Translations under genes and position numbers: made by a program
Assembly: GCA_032718475.1 (NCBI GenBank)
Contig: JAUCBJ010002656.1
Span: 1-64,000 of the forward strand
DNA length: 64,000 nt
Direction of reading: 5' to 3'
Source of the DNA: Nemertoderma westbladi
Lineage: Eukaryota; Animalia; Xenacoelomorpha
In this document: piece by piece, positions 36,690 to 47,676 of the stretch
Position numbering within the stretch: the first letter of the stretch is position 1
How the letters are laid out: each line of letters opens with the position of its first letter
The notes under the pieces: model-generated
Databases searched by the model: none
Told to the model about the DNA's origin: nothing
Seen by the model: only the letters and a program-made list of their open reading frames with translations

Positions 36690-38850
36690 TGAAAAATATC
36701 AAGATATGACAAATATCGAGTGTAAAAATAACGCGAGTAAAAATATCAAGTGTTGAAAAATGACGATAATAATATCGAGAGTTCAAAAAATATCGAGAAT
36801 AAAAATATCGAGAGTAAAAATATCGAGTGTTGAAAAATATCGAGAGTAAAAATATCAAGTGTTGAAAAATATCGAGTATTGAAAAATATCGAGAGTACAA
36901 ATATCAAGTGTTGAAAAATATCGAGAGTAAAAATATCGAGTGTTGAAAAATATCGAGAGTAAAAATATCGAGTGTTGAAAAATATCGAGTATTGAAAAAT
37001 ATCGAGAGTAAAAATATCGAGTGTTGAAAAATATCGAGAGTTGAAAAATATCGATAGTAAAAATATCGAGTGTTGAAAAATATCGAGAGTAAAAATATCG
37101 AGTGTTGAAAAATATCGAGTGTTGAAAAATATCGAGAGTAAAAATATCGAGTGTTGAAAAATATCGAGTATTGAAAAATATCGAGAGTAAAAATATCGAG
37201 TGTTGAAAAATATCGAGAGTTGAAAAATATCGATAGTAAAAATATCGAGAGTAAAAATATCGAGTGTTGAAAAATATCGAGAGTTGAAAAATATCGATAG
37301 TAAAAATATCGAGTGTTGAAAAATATCGATAGTAAAAATATCGAGTGTTGAAAAATATCGATAGTAAAAATATCGAGTGTTGAAAAATATCGAGAGTAAA
37401 AATATCGAGTGTTGAAAAATATCGAGTATTGAAAAATATCGAGAGTAAAAATATCGAGTGTTGAAAAATATCGAGAGTTGAAAAATATCGATAGTAAAAA
37501 TATCGGGTGTTGAAAAATATCGAGTGTTGAAAAATATCAAGTGTTGAAAAATATCGAGTGTTGAAAAATATCGATAGTAAAAATATCGAGTGTTGAAAAA
37601 TATCGATAGTAAAAATATCGAGTGTTGAAAAATATCGATAGTAAAAATATCGAGTGTTGAAAAATATCGAGTATTGAAAAATATCGAGAGTAAAAATATC
37701 GAGTGTTGAAAAATATCGAGAGTTGAAAAATATCGATAGTAAAAATATCGGGTGTTGAAAAATATCGAGTGTTGAAAAATATCAAGTGTTGAAAAATATC
37801 GAGTGTTGAAAAATATCGATAGTAAAAATATCGAGTGTTGAAAAATATCGATAGTAAAAATATCGAGTGTTGAAAAATATCGAGTGTTGAAAAATATCGA
37901 GTGTTGAAAAATATCGAGAGTAAAAATATCGAGTGTTGAAAAATATCGAGAGTAAAAATATCGAATGTTGAAAAATATCGAGTATTGAAAAATATTTAGA
38001 GTAAAATATCAAGTGTTGAAAAATATCAATAGTAAAAATATCGAGAGTAAAAATATCGAGTGTTGAAAAATATCGAGAGTAAAATATCGAGTGTTGAAAA
38101 ATATCGAGAGTAAAAATATCGAGTGTTGAAAAATATCGAGAGTAAAAATATCGAGTGTTGAAAAATATCGAGAGTAAAAATATCGAGTGTTGAAAAATAT
38201 CGAAATTAAAAATATCGAGTGTTGAAAAATATCGAGAGTAAAAATATCGATAGCAACAATTTTTTTAATAAGGGTTGTATGATAATTTTTTTCCTAGAGA
38301 TGTTCTAGTACAAAAAAATGTGTTCTAGAACAAAAATATTTATCAACATTGGTAGCTTACACGTGTTCTATAACATTTATAAAATGAAGTAGAAAATGCT
38401 AGCTGTTTTAAAAAATTAAAAATGTGATCTAGAACTAAAAAATGTGTTCTAGAACAAAAATATTTATCCAAATTGATAGCTAGCACTTCTTCTACAATAT
38501 TTATTAAAAAATAGCAAAAACTAGCTAGTATAATAAATCTGTAAATTGGGTACCCAAGGTGTATTAATGCCATTTATTTGCGCGTGCACTGTTGTATCCC
38601 ATGCACTGCAATATTGTCCCATAATTCTAAATAAAATGCACGCAAAATGCAATATTTTTTGCTCTCGATATTTTTCAACACTCGATATTTTTCAACACTC
38701 GATATTTTTCAACACTCGATATTTTAACTCTCGATATTTTTCAACACTCGATATTTTTACTCTCGATATTTTTACTCTCGTTATTTTTACTCTAGATATT
38801 TTTCAACACTCGATATTTTTCAACACTCGATATTTTTACCAGGTGGCACG
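36690..38850. repeat. Foldback-like element: array of 15/17 bp units (AAAAATATCGAGAGT / AAAAATATCGAGTGTTG) at 36690-38250 with an inverted short arm at 38650-38840
   Basis: The tandem units are seen directly. The same units recur in reverse complement after a ~400 bp core. Confidence 0.85.
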
Positions 38851-38857
38851 ATAATAG

Positions 38858-40607
38858 ATTTACGTTCTTGTAATCAAAGCCATCTAATGTTCTGGCTAAA
38901 GTCTGAAACTTCTACAGAAGCACAGAAGAATTCTAAGCCGATGTTCTGCTGCTTAGAAAATAGTAAAACATAAACCGTAATGCATTGCGCGGTTTTACAT
39001 AGGCCCTTGTCAGAAATAAAATGAAAATCGCTCTGATTGGCTGAGCTAGGCAGAACAAAGAAAGGTTCCATGTGTACAGAAAATCAGCTGACAGATGTCG
39101 TCATCTGAGCTCCAGTCTTTTAGAGTATTATGCGCATTGCGGCAAAAATGACTTGTTATGTCCGCCAAAGCACCTACACGGTACATTACAGGGAAAAATG
39201 ACTTGTTATGTCCGCAAAAGCATTTACACCGCTCCCAGAAAATGGGATTTAAGTCTATAAAATATATAAAATCACAGTTTCTAAAATATAAAAATACTCT
39301 AAACAGTTAGTCCTTCTTATGTGAACGGCATTTACGAAGTTTTTTGAGGCTAGCAAGAGTCCTTTTCTCTTTGGGGCGAGCCACATTACTAGGAGGGCTA
39401 TAACTCCTGGGTGAAGGGTGCAATACAATTGCATTGGAAGGTTTAGGGTTACGGTCGGTGTATCCGCCGGTTGAGGTACCTGGTTTATCGATATCAACCT
39501 CAGTGGAGTGAGGTCGAACAACCTTCAGAGCGCGTTTCAAGACAGCAGCTCTTACTGGTCTCTGACGAGTCGTCTGCACGAGAGCGGTAGGTGGACTGTG
39601 AGTAGTGAGAAATTTCCTCGGTTTGATGGTTCTTTCCAACTCGCGTTCTCGGGCTCTATCGGAATCGATATGCTTCTCCTCGAGCTGATTTTCCACCGCT
39701 TGTCGTTGGAAGCATTTGTCCAAAACTCTTGCAGAGAGTAGGGTCGTCCGAGTTTGATATCTTCTTCGAGATTCCGGATTTCCCGATCGAACTGAGGTAA
39801 AGCTAATTATTTTACCGCTTGGACTTGCTGCTGCAATTTACGTTTCTCTAAACAATTGTAGGTTCCTTTTCCGATCTTTTGTCGAATAGTGTCTAACGCG
39901 TTTCGTTCAACTCTCTCCTCCACCTCGGTGACAGGTTGTATCGGGGTTAAACCGGGACGATTATACGGGTTGAACGGCGATATTAAATGTCCGCGTCCCA
40001 ATCCGGCTAGGTAGGATGGGCGAATATCTAGAGAGCCCACTACTGGAGTGCCACGGACTAATTGTTCAGGTAACACTAGATCTTTGAACAGTGAGTACAG
40101 TTCAGGAGGATCCGTCATACTATTAGGATCAAGAGTCTGAGGTCTCACCAGGGAATGAGGAGGTCTGACCGAGTATTCCGGAACTCTGATCATAGGTTTA
40201 TTTAAGGATCGTTTGAGCTGAGCGAGCATAGGTGATACGTCGAACAAGTTTCGCTCGAAACTCCCGTAAGTATAGCGAGTAAAACTGTGTTTAGCGCAAC
40301 GTCTCCGCGGATGTTTATGTCTTTCCGTGTGTTGGTTGAGTCTAGGGCATTCATCGTAATAATACCAAAGACGCACGTCTTGTAGGGGAAACGCGGGTGA
40401 TCTTTCTCCAGTTTTACAATGCTTCTCTCAAGAATTCCAAATATACGTTGAAGTCACTGCGTTTATCCGGTTCTTTAACGTCTTCTCTTTTGAGTCTATT
40501 TCGAATAGAATTTTTCGTGTTTGATTTCCGTTTTTGTTCCGACTCTGCTGGGTATGATATTTGTTCGCGCTTTCAGACCTTTAGCAGTTTAACCTGCCAA
40601 ATTGGGA
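38858..40607 (-). mobile_element. Non-autonomous deletion derivative of the BEL family (PBS, deleted extra ORF, PPT, partial LTR 38858-39228)
   Basis: PBS region at 40562-40607 matches 8713-8758. Pieces are homologous to 45620-45745, 44690-45440 and 41340-42145. PPT GGGAGCGG precedes TGTAAATG at 39228. Confidence 0.85.
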
Positions 40608-41717
40608 TGTCTTCTAGATAATAGATCGTCTTTAGCCTATGACAAGTATTTGATACACTACATTAGCCGAAGCCAGTCTATGCGCGATCATTCACCCGCT
40701 GGATATACCCCGGGAGACTGGATTCGGAAGCTTAACCGTATTGCGGGGTAGGCCTACTGTATTATTCGACTGATCGTAATATATATAATCTCTGACAAAT
40801 ATTATTCACTTTCGGGAAATATTAACAGTTCCTTTAGGACGTGGCGCTTTAAATATATAAACAGAGTTATGACTTAAACTAGACACAACGGGATGGCTAT
40901 AGATTCACGTATATGGCGCATTCTTTAGGAGATGCTTTGTTATCAATCACAATCATACACAATACTGCACAATGCTGCACACTAATCTGCCGACCTTCAC
41001 TAATTTTAGTCACATATAAGGAGAACAACAGACAATACGTGTAGGGCCTATAAAATAGCATTAGATTCACTTCAAACCACTTAATGTAAGTCGCAATCGT
41101 TATATGTATCCGATCTCTCTAACCTTTAGTATATCAAGAAGATTGGGGTGTCTGATTATTTATCAGTATTCCAAATATAATATTCCATCAACAAATATAA
41201 TGAATAACCGACAGTAAAAGCAGTAAAATGTTAAGGTATAAATTGATATGATCGTTTTGGTTAGTATGAGTTATGATAACAGATATATGTTCTATAATTA
41301 AGCCTACTAATGTTGGGCTAAAGACTGAAACACGGAGGTTCCAAAGAGTTGTAGGCTGTGGACAAAATCACATACTGACTCAACTCCACGAGTTTCTATA
41401 TACAATCTCTAACACAGAGGCAAAAAACGCTCTGATTGGTCGACCAAACAAAGAAGGAACAGAGAACAAAGAAAAGCTACACGTGTACAGCATCAGCTGT
41501 TAGCCGTCGTCATGGTAGCTACACTGTTTACAGAGGATTTGGCGCATTGCGTCATAAAATTGCGAATTATGTCCGCTAAAGTACACATACAGAAGAAATG
41601 GCTTTTATGTCCTCTAAAACACCAGTACAGTAAGGACACGGCCTTTTATGCCTGTTAAACCAACTACAGAGTACTTCACGGGGAAAATAACCGGCTAATT
41701 CCGCAAAAGCCTTTACA
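40608..41717 (-). repeat. BEL LTR (~1110 bp) flanked by a PPT on one side and a PBS on the other
   Basis: The minus strand reads GGGAGCGG|TGTAAAGG...AGAAGACA|tcccaatt TGGCAGG. Homologous to 8759-9887. Confidence 0.88.
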
Positions 41718-41795
41718 CCGCTCCCAGAAAATGGGATTTAAGTCTATAAAATATAACAAATCACAGTTTCTAAAATATAAAAATACTCTAAACAG

Positions 41796-44700
41796 TTAGT
41801 CTTTCTTACGCGGACGGCGTTTACGCAGTTTTTTGAGGCTAGCAAGAGTCCTTTTCTCTTTGGGGCGAGCCACTTTACTAGGAGGGCTGTAACTCCTGGG
41901 TGAAGGGTGCAATACAATTGCATCAGAAGGTTTAGGATTACGATCGGTGTATCCGCCGGTCGAGGTACCTGGTTGATCGATATCAACTTCAGTGGAGCGA
42001 GGTCTAACGGCCTTTAGGGCGCATCTTAGGACAGCAGCTCCTACGGGTCCTTGATGGGTCGTCTGGACAATGGCGGTAGGCGGACCGTGAGTGGTGAGAA
42101 ACTTCCTTTGTTTAATGGTTCTTTCCAGCTCGCGTTCTCGGGCTCGATATTCGTAGGGCCGTCGAGATACTTCCTGTAACTCAGGGTGCGAGTTGATAAA
42201 TAAATCGCCATACTCAGGGTCTTGACGGATGTAATTGATCAAATGGTATGAAGTAATATCGTTAGGATTGACGTTCCTAAGATATTTTCGAACAAATTTG
42301 GTGGAAATACACTCACCAACACGCTTCATTAGTTCGTAACTCGGTGTGCGTGTTTTTTGTTCCACAGACGCGAATAAATAAGGATGGAACGCGTAAACTC
42401 CCTCGTAAGAGCGTCCAGGGTAGTAGCAATGGCGGGACTCATAATGTAAATCCGCGTTCGCTTCCCAAGCTCGGATGTAGCGCAGGGTAATCATCTCATC
42501 TACGCTTTCTAAATCGCGGTTAAAGGGGCAATTATAACTGGCATGTCCTTTAAGTTGACAGTGGTGGCATTGGGTCATAAATTGGGGGCAGACTGCAAAA
42601 ATATGCGAGTTATTAAGTCTGCTATACGCACAATAGATCTCTATCATCGGTTGTTCGTGGAAATAGGAGCAGGGTACGTCTGAGTCCATAGGGGTGAAAT
42701 GGTCTCTCGATGCGCATAATCGACAACGTTTTCGAGAAACATAGTTGGCGTGTCGATAATCGTATGCGGTGAGACATTGTGGACCTTGATACCACTCCAA
42801 GACGTAATCGTTATCGCTGCTCCGGGGCGCTGTAGGCTGGATCGCTTCAGACTCTAAGCATATTGGTTCGTCTTCCAATTGCATAGCTGAGGTAGGTGCG
42901 GCTGTCTCCGCAAGCGGACCCACTGTCTGAACTTCCACGACAGAATAACCCGTGGCTATTCGGGCTCTTTGTATAACAGATGAATGTAAGTTCTGTATAC
43001 AAACGTCCTGAAAGAAGGCAAATCCCGCGCTGTTTAGCTTCTCCGCAGCTGAGTCTCTTAGGCTGAGTTTGGTCAGAGCGCGGTCCTTGAACTGACTATC
43101 AACGTTACGGAACGGAGTCAGAAAGCGCCTGAAACATTCGAAGCGGATGAATTTATTGTGTTCATCTAACTTGGCGAGTTTGGTTCCAAGTATTAAGGGA
43201 TGGGCGCGTATGGTACGACTGCACACATCGGCGAGCCAACCGGCAAGTGCTGCGTTTTCAAAGATCGTGTATATAGCTAAGGAGGGACGAAGTGGAACAC
43301 TCATAAAGCTATACACGGCGCCAGGTGCGGTCAATGGTCCATCAAAGTATAAACGAGAATAATGATCTCCATATACTTGTTGGTAATTTATAGGATTTCC
43401 AACCTTGAAATTCCATCCGTATTCTTGAAAGGCAAGATGTCCGATGGAGGTTCGTTGTACTTTAGTAATGCCGATGGGTGTATTTGCATACATAGTGCGG
43501 AAGAAACCTCGGCCTTCTGCCCAGGGAGCAATCAGCTGAGTATCAACGAAGGGGTATGGAATGTTCTCCATATTCCGGAAGTCGTTTTGTAGGTCTCCAT
43601 AAACAGCTGAGCCGATTTTAAGGATTCTTTCGTTAAACAACATCTCGAGCACGGGCTGGGGTAACATTGATCCATCGATACCCATGGCCGGTTTGCGCTC
43701 GGTGTCGGCGACATAACGCTGCGCGAGTTCGAATTGTCCATGTCGGAGTTTCTTTTGTGTCTCAGTAAGAGTCTCAAAAGAATAATCAATCACATCGGAA
43801 CACGCTCGAGTAAATACGTGGGTAGAACCAGCGAGTCCTCGTATGTGTATCATCCGCGTAGTTCCCAGTTCTCCAACTGGAACGCTACCTTCGTTGTCGT
43901 AAGTGACAACTCCATACATCTCGATAACGTTAAGAGTCTCGTTCCACTCTTTAGTGGCATTTTCGAGGGTCATTCCCACTGGATGCCACAAGGTAGCGCA
44001 TTCGCTAGCATTAGGTAGGTCTCTATACTTTAAATATTGCGTAGTATATGTTTCCACATCTCCATATCGTTGTATTCTTTCCTCCTCGAATAACACGTCA
44101 AGATTCCAGTGTACTAAACGAGTTTTGATGAATCCATCAAGATTATACGGAGGTATTGTTTCTTTCTCTATTCTGGAAACATTGTATGGTTTTCGAAATG
44201 AGTTTATTTTAACTAACTGATCCAGATGTTTATGCAGTTGTTCGAGTTCGACAAGATCGAGAGGATTTATGAGTGGCAGAAACCTCAGACTATGTGTAGG
44301 ATCTTCCGGTTTTACCATGTAATATTGTGTTAGGTTGACGTAATAAGGGTGATCTTTGATCCCATAAAACGAGTCTGGTAAAGGTCTAGCGCGTATGTTA
44401 ATATCGTGTACCATGCGACGGACAAGATCCGCTCTATTGTCCGGAGGTTCAACGAGTATACCATCGACACGAGCGGCTTCGATGGGCGGATGTTGCAACA
44501 TGGGAGCGTCAGCGATAAGATCTCGAGATCTTAGGTTGATATCAACCGGTTGGGGTTGTACCGTCGCGAAGAGTTTGTCTCCGAAATGGGGAACCATCGA
44601 GGGATGAAGGATGGTTTTAGAGTAGAGATCCGTCATAAGGATTTGAGCTTCGGGTTGAGCTAAAGCTGCTTCTTCTCTCTCATCCATTTCTATATGTCTC

Positions 44701-45230
44701 TCCTCGAGCTGATTTTCCTCCGCTTGTTGTTGTAGACGCTCATCTAGGAACTCTTGTAAAGAGTAGGTTCGTCCACGTTCGATGTCCTCCTCGAGATTTT
44801 GTATTTCTCTATCGAACTGGGGTAAAGCTAATTCCTTCACCGCTTGGACTTGTTGTTGCAATTTACGTTTCTCCAAACAATCGTAAGTTCCCTTTCCGAT
44901 TTTCTGCCGGATAGCGTCTAACGCATTTCGTACGACGCTCTCTTCGACTTCCGTAACGGGTTGTATCGAGGTGAAGCCGGGACGGTTGTGCGGGTTAAAC
45001 GGCGATATTAGATGACCGCGTCCCAATCCAGCTAGGTAAGGTTGGCGAATATCTAGCGAGCCTACTACCGGAGTGCCACCGATCAACTGTTCGGGTAGCA
45101 CTAGATCTTTGAACAGTGAGTACAGTTCGGGAGGATCCGTGATAATATTAGGATCAAGAGTCTGAGGTCTAACTGAGGAATGAGGAGGTCTGACCGAGTA
45201 TTCCGGAACTCTGATCATTGGTTTGTTCAA
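41796..45230 (-). CDS. BEL extra ORF, main part: DEDDy-like 3'-5' exonuclease + CCHC zinc knuckles
   Basis: ExoI-like GVVTYDNEG (43887-43913); ExoII-like LPQPVLEMLFNERILKIGSAVYGDL; FVDTQLIA; SIGHLAFQEYG; ExoIII-like VPLRPSLAIYTIFE (~43257); knuckle CHHCQLKGHASYNC (~42527-42569). Confidence 0.75.
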   Translation of the reverse strand: MNKPMIRVPEYSVRPPHSSVRPQTLDPNIITDPPELYSLFKDLVLPEQLIGGTPVVGSLDIRQPYLAGLGRGHLISPFNPHNRPGFTSIQPVTEVEESVVRNALDAIRQKIGKGTYDCLEKRKLQQQVQAVKELALPQFDREIQNLEEDIERGRTYSLQEFLDERLQQQAEENQLEERHIEMDEREEAALAQPEAQILMTDLYSKTILHPSMVPHFGDKLFATVQPQPVDINLRSRDLIADAPMLQHPPIEAARVDGILVEPPDNRADLVRRMVHDINIRARPLPDSFYGIKDHPYYVNLTQYYMVKPEDPTHSLRFLPLINPLDLVELEQLHKHLDQLVKINSFRKPYNVSRIEKETIPPYNLDGFIKTRLVHWNLDVLFEEERIQRYGDVETYTTQYLKYRDLPNASECATLWHPVGMTLENATKEWNETLNVIEMYGVVTYDNEGSVPVGELGTTRMIHIRGLAGSTHVFTRACSDVIDYSFETLTETQKKLRHGQFELAQRYVADTERKPAMGIDGSMLPQPVLEMLFNERILKIGSAVYGDLQNDFRNMENIPYPFVDTQLIAPWAEGRGFFRTMYANTPIGITKVQRTSIGHLAFQEYGWNFKVGNPINYQQVYGDHYSRLYFDGPLTAPGAVYSFMSVPLRPSLAIYTIFENAALAGWLADVCSRTIRAHPLILGTKLAKLDEHNKFIRFECFRRFLTPFRNVDSQFKDRALTKLSLRDSAAEKLNSAGFAFFQDVCIQNLHSSVIQRARIATGYSVVEVQTVGPLAETAAPTSAMQLEDEPICLESEAIQPTAPRSSDNDYVLEWYQGPQCLTAYDYRHANYVSRKRCRLCASRDHFTPMDSDVPCSYFHEQPMIEIYCAYSRLNNSHIFAVCPQFMTQCHHCQLKGHASYNCPFNRDLESVDEMITLRYIRAWEANADLHYESRHCYYPGRSYEGVYAFHPYLFASVEQKTRTPSYELMKRVGECISTKFVRKYLRNVNPNDITSYHLINYIRQDPEYGDLFINSHPELQEVSRRPYEYRARERELERTIKQRKFLTTHGPPTAIVQTTHQGPVGAAVLRCALKAVRPRSTEVDIDQPGTSTGGYTDRNPKPSDAIVLHPSPRSYSPPSKVARPKEKRTLASLKKLRKRRPRKKD

Positions 45231-45321
45231 GGATCATTTGAGTCGAGCGACCGTAGGGGATACGTCGAACAGGTTTCGCTCGAAACTCCCATAAGTATAT
45301 CGTGTAAAACTGTGTTTATGT

Positions 45322-46044
45322 TTATGTCGGATGTTTATGTCTTTCCGTTTGCTGATTGGGTCTAGGGCATTCGTCGCAGTAATACCAAAGACGCATGTCC
45401 TGCAGGGGAAACGCGGGTGATCGTTCTCCAGTTTTACAATATTCCTCCATCTGTTCGAAGCTATCTGGGACGACAGGTAGCGGTCGATCGGCGGTAAGAT
45501 ACATCATAGTGAAATAGAGTCGTTTGAGCTCTATCATAGGATCATGATGTATACCTTGAGGATATCGAGTTTCGAGATTTTGTTGACTGGCAATATTGAG
45601 GTATGTCTCTCTCAGGAATTCCAGATAATCGTTGAAGTCGCTGCGTTTATCCGGCTCTTCAACGTCTTCCCTTTCGAGTCTGTTTCGAATAGAGTTCTCG
45701 TGTTCTATTCTCGGTTTATCGTTCCGACTCCGCTGGGTATGATATTTAAATAAAACCATTTCCCTTTCGGTGTCTACGTCGTCCGTATCGTGTAAATCGA
45801 TAGGATGGCCAGTAGTTAAGAAGTCCATATACATACCATTACGATGCGTATAGCGAGCGGTGAACTTTCTATAATCCAATTCACGCGTAAGTTGCTCCGG
45901 GGACATTGGCGGTTCGATATAACGACCATCATCCTCCGTAGTAGTTGGACCAGCGTCGCCGCGTATCAAGCTATCGACAAACGCTTGTAAAGGTAGAGTA
46001 TATCGCTCCCTGATACTAAGATCATCTTCTATCAACTCAGTCAT
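45322..46044 (-). CDS. BEL extra ORF, N-terminal part (separated from the main part by a 5 nt frameshifting lesion)
   Basis: The paralogous copy 39807-40376 reads straight through HKHPRRRCAKHSF...NKPMIRVPEY and joins the two ORFs. Confidence 0.75.
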   Translation of the reverse strand: MTELIEDDLSIRERYTLPLQAFVDSLIRGDAGPTTTEDDGRYIEPPMSPEQLTRELDYRKFTARYTHRNGMYMDFLTTGHPIDLHDTDDVDTEREMVLFKYHTQRSRNDKPRIEHENSIRNRLEREDVEEPDKRSDFNDYLEFLRETYLNIASQQNLETRYPQGIHHDPMIELKRLYFTMMYLTADRPLPVVPDSFEQMEEYCKTGERSPAFPLQDMRLWYYCDECPRPNQQTERHKHPT

Positions 46045-47676
46045 ATCTGCTATGAGTTTATCAATATTATAATGAGTTTATATATTAGGCTAGCGGGCGT
46101 CGCTGCCTACCCCTCTTTTGCCCCCGGACAGTGCAAGATCCTCAGCGCCGATGTACCGTCGTCGCTGTTCTTTCGCCAATGATGTAGCTACACAACGACA
46201 ACGATAACCGGCACAAGTCACTCCACTGTCCGTCCCAAAGGCTTAGATGTACTTCAGGTTCTTTCTCAAGAGTTAGGGCTACTTTCACAATTGCGACTAG
46301 CTACTGTAAACACACTTTAGCAGTAACATTCACCTATGAACGCACAAATTCAACACAACTGCCACAAACTGTACACATTCGGGCCATTTGTCCGTTAGTC
46401 AGTACCTTCCAGAATGTCACTTTATTTATTATGTATCCTTGGATACTAGCAGTGCGCTATTTATTCCCTATGCTATTCAATGGGGCAAGCTTTCTATTGT
46501 TCTTTTAACTCACTTCTAATTCTAGCGTGGTTGTTGCTATGGTGACATTATGGAAAGCTAGCGGTAGAATTAGGGTAATTCTCATGCATACAGATCTGGG
46601 ATGCTATTTAATAGTAATTCTTTAATTGTCAATATCCTCTCTATACATGATTTTATGAATTTTATCGGCTATTGACTATATATTGGAGATTCTCGCACAC
46701 TAATACACTTAATAGAGTGAATCTCCGCTCCCATGATCTATTAATTAATGGAATTTTGGGAATGTTATAAATTGTATAAAAATGACAATTTATTAAATTC
46801 ATTAAAATATATGAATTTAAATTTATTCCCGTAAATTTTATTATTTAATGTTAAATAGACACAATTTTATTCCAGAACATGTCTGGGGACTGGGATCCTT
46901 GATTCTAGGAATTTTGACCTTTTAAGAGTATCGGTAAGTGCTACGATATCTTAATCGACTAGAATTTTAAAGGATCTAAAATTTGACAGATTTTGTAAAT
47001 ATTAATAATTAATATTTAGGATGGGCACCAGTTTATTCCAGAACTTGTCTGGGGACGTTAACCACTGATTCTAGAATTTGTCTTTCAAGTATATCGGTGG
47101 GTGCTGCGATATCTTAATCGACTAGAATTGCAGATGGTCAAAGGGTTTAACAGATTTATTTGCGTTGTACGCTACTGTTAAAAGGACATCACGCTACTAT
47201 ATGTATTATTCAATATACGGTATGAGAGCAATATCGCACGAAGCAATGTCAGTGAGAAGAGGCAAGTCGATTCCAAGGTCTACCCAGAGCTTGGTTTAGC
47301 CGAGACACGAGGATCTGAATTTTGCATTCCTAATACTCTGCTTACCAATAATACTTAAATATAGTAGGAGCTTTATTGTACTTTAATAAGTACGGACATT
47401 TCATCTTACTGTAATTACGTATTTGTAATGTAATACGTACAGTAAGGAAAGGGAAAAAGAATTATTTCTCGCCGTCGCACTAAATATATAATATATAAGT
47501 AATTAAGTAATAAACGCGAATATATATTGCACTAATCTACTAAATAATCGCTAAAATAACATTCTACTAAATAAAATTAAAGAAAACGATTATAATAAAA
47601 TTACATAATAATATATACATAAATATAAAAGAATAAAACAAATACAAATATAGTCATACACCTACTCCAGCCGTTG

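Noticed and set aside
36658-38012. Phe/Ile-rich membrane protein ORFs on the minus strand
   Set aside because: Translations of the 15/17 bp tandem array.
8759-41717. The two LTRs as both ends of one giant element
   Set aside because: Orientation places 8759-9887 as the 5' LTR of the leftward element. The LTRs are also strongly diverged in U3.
41796-46044. Envelope glycoprotein as the identity of the extra ORF
   Set aside because: No signal peptide, no hydrophobic TM anchor and no fusion-protein Cys pattern; exonuclease and knuckle motifs are present instead.
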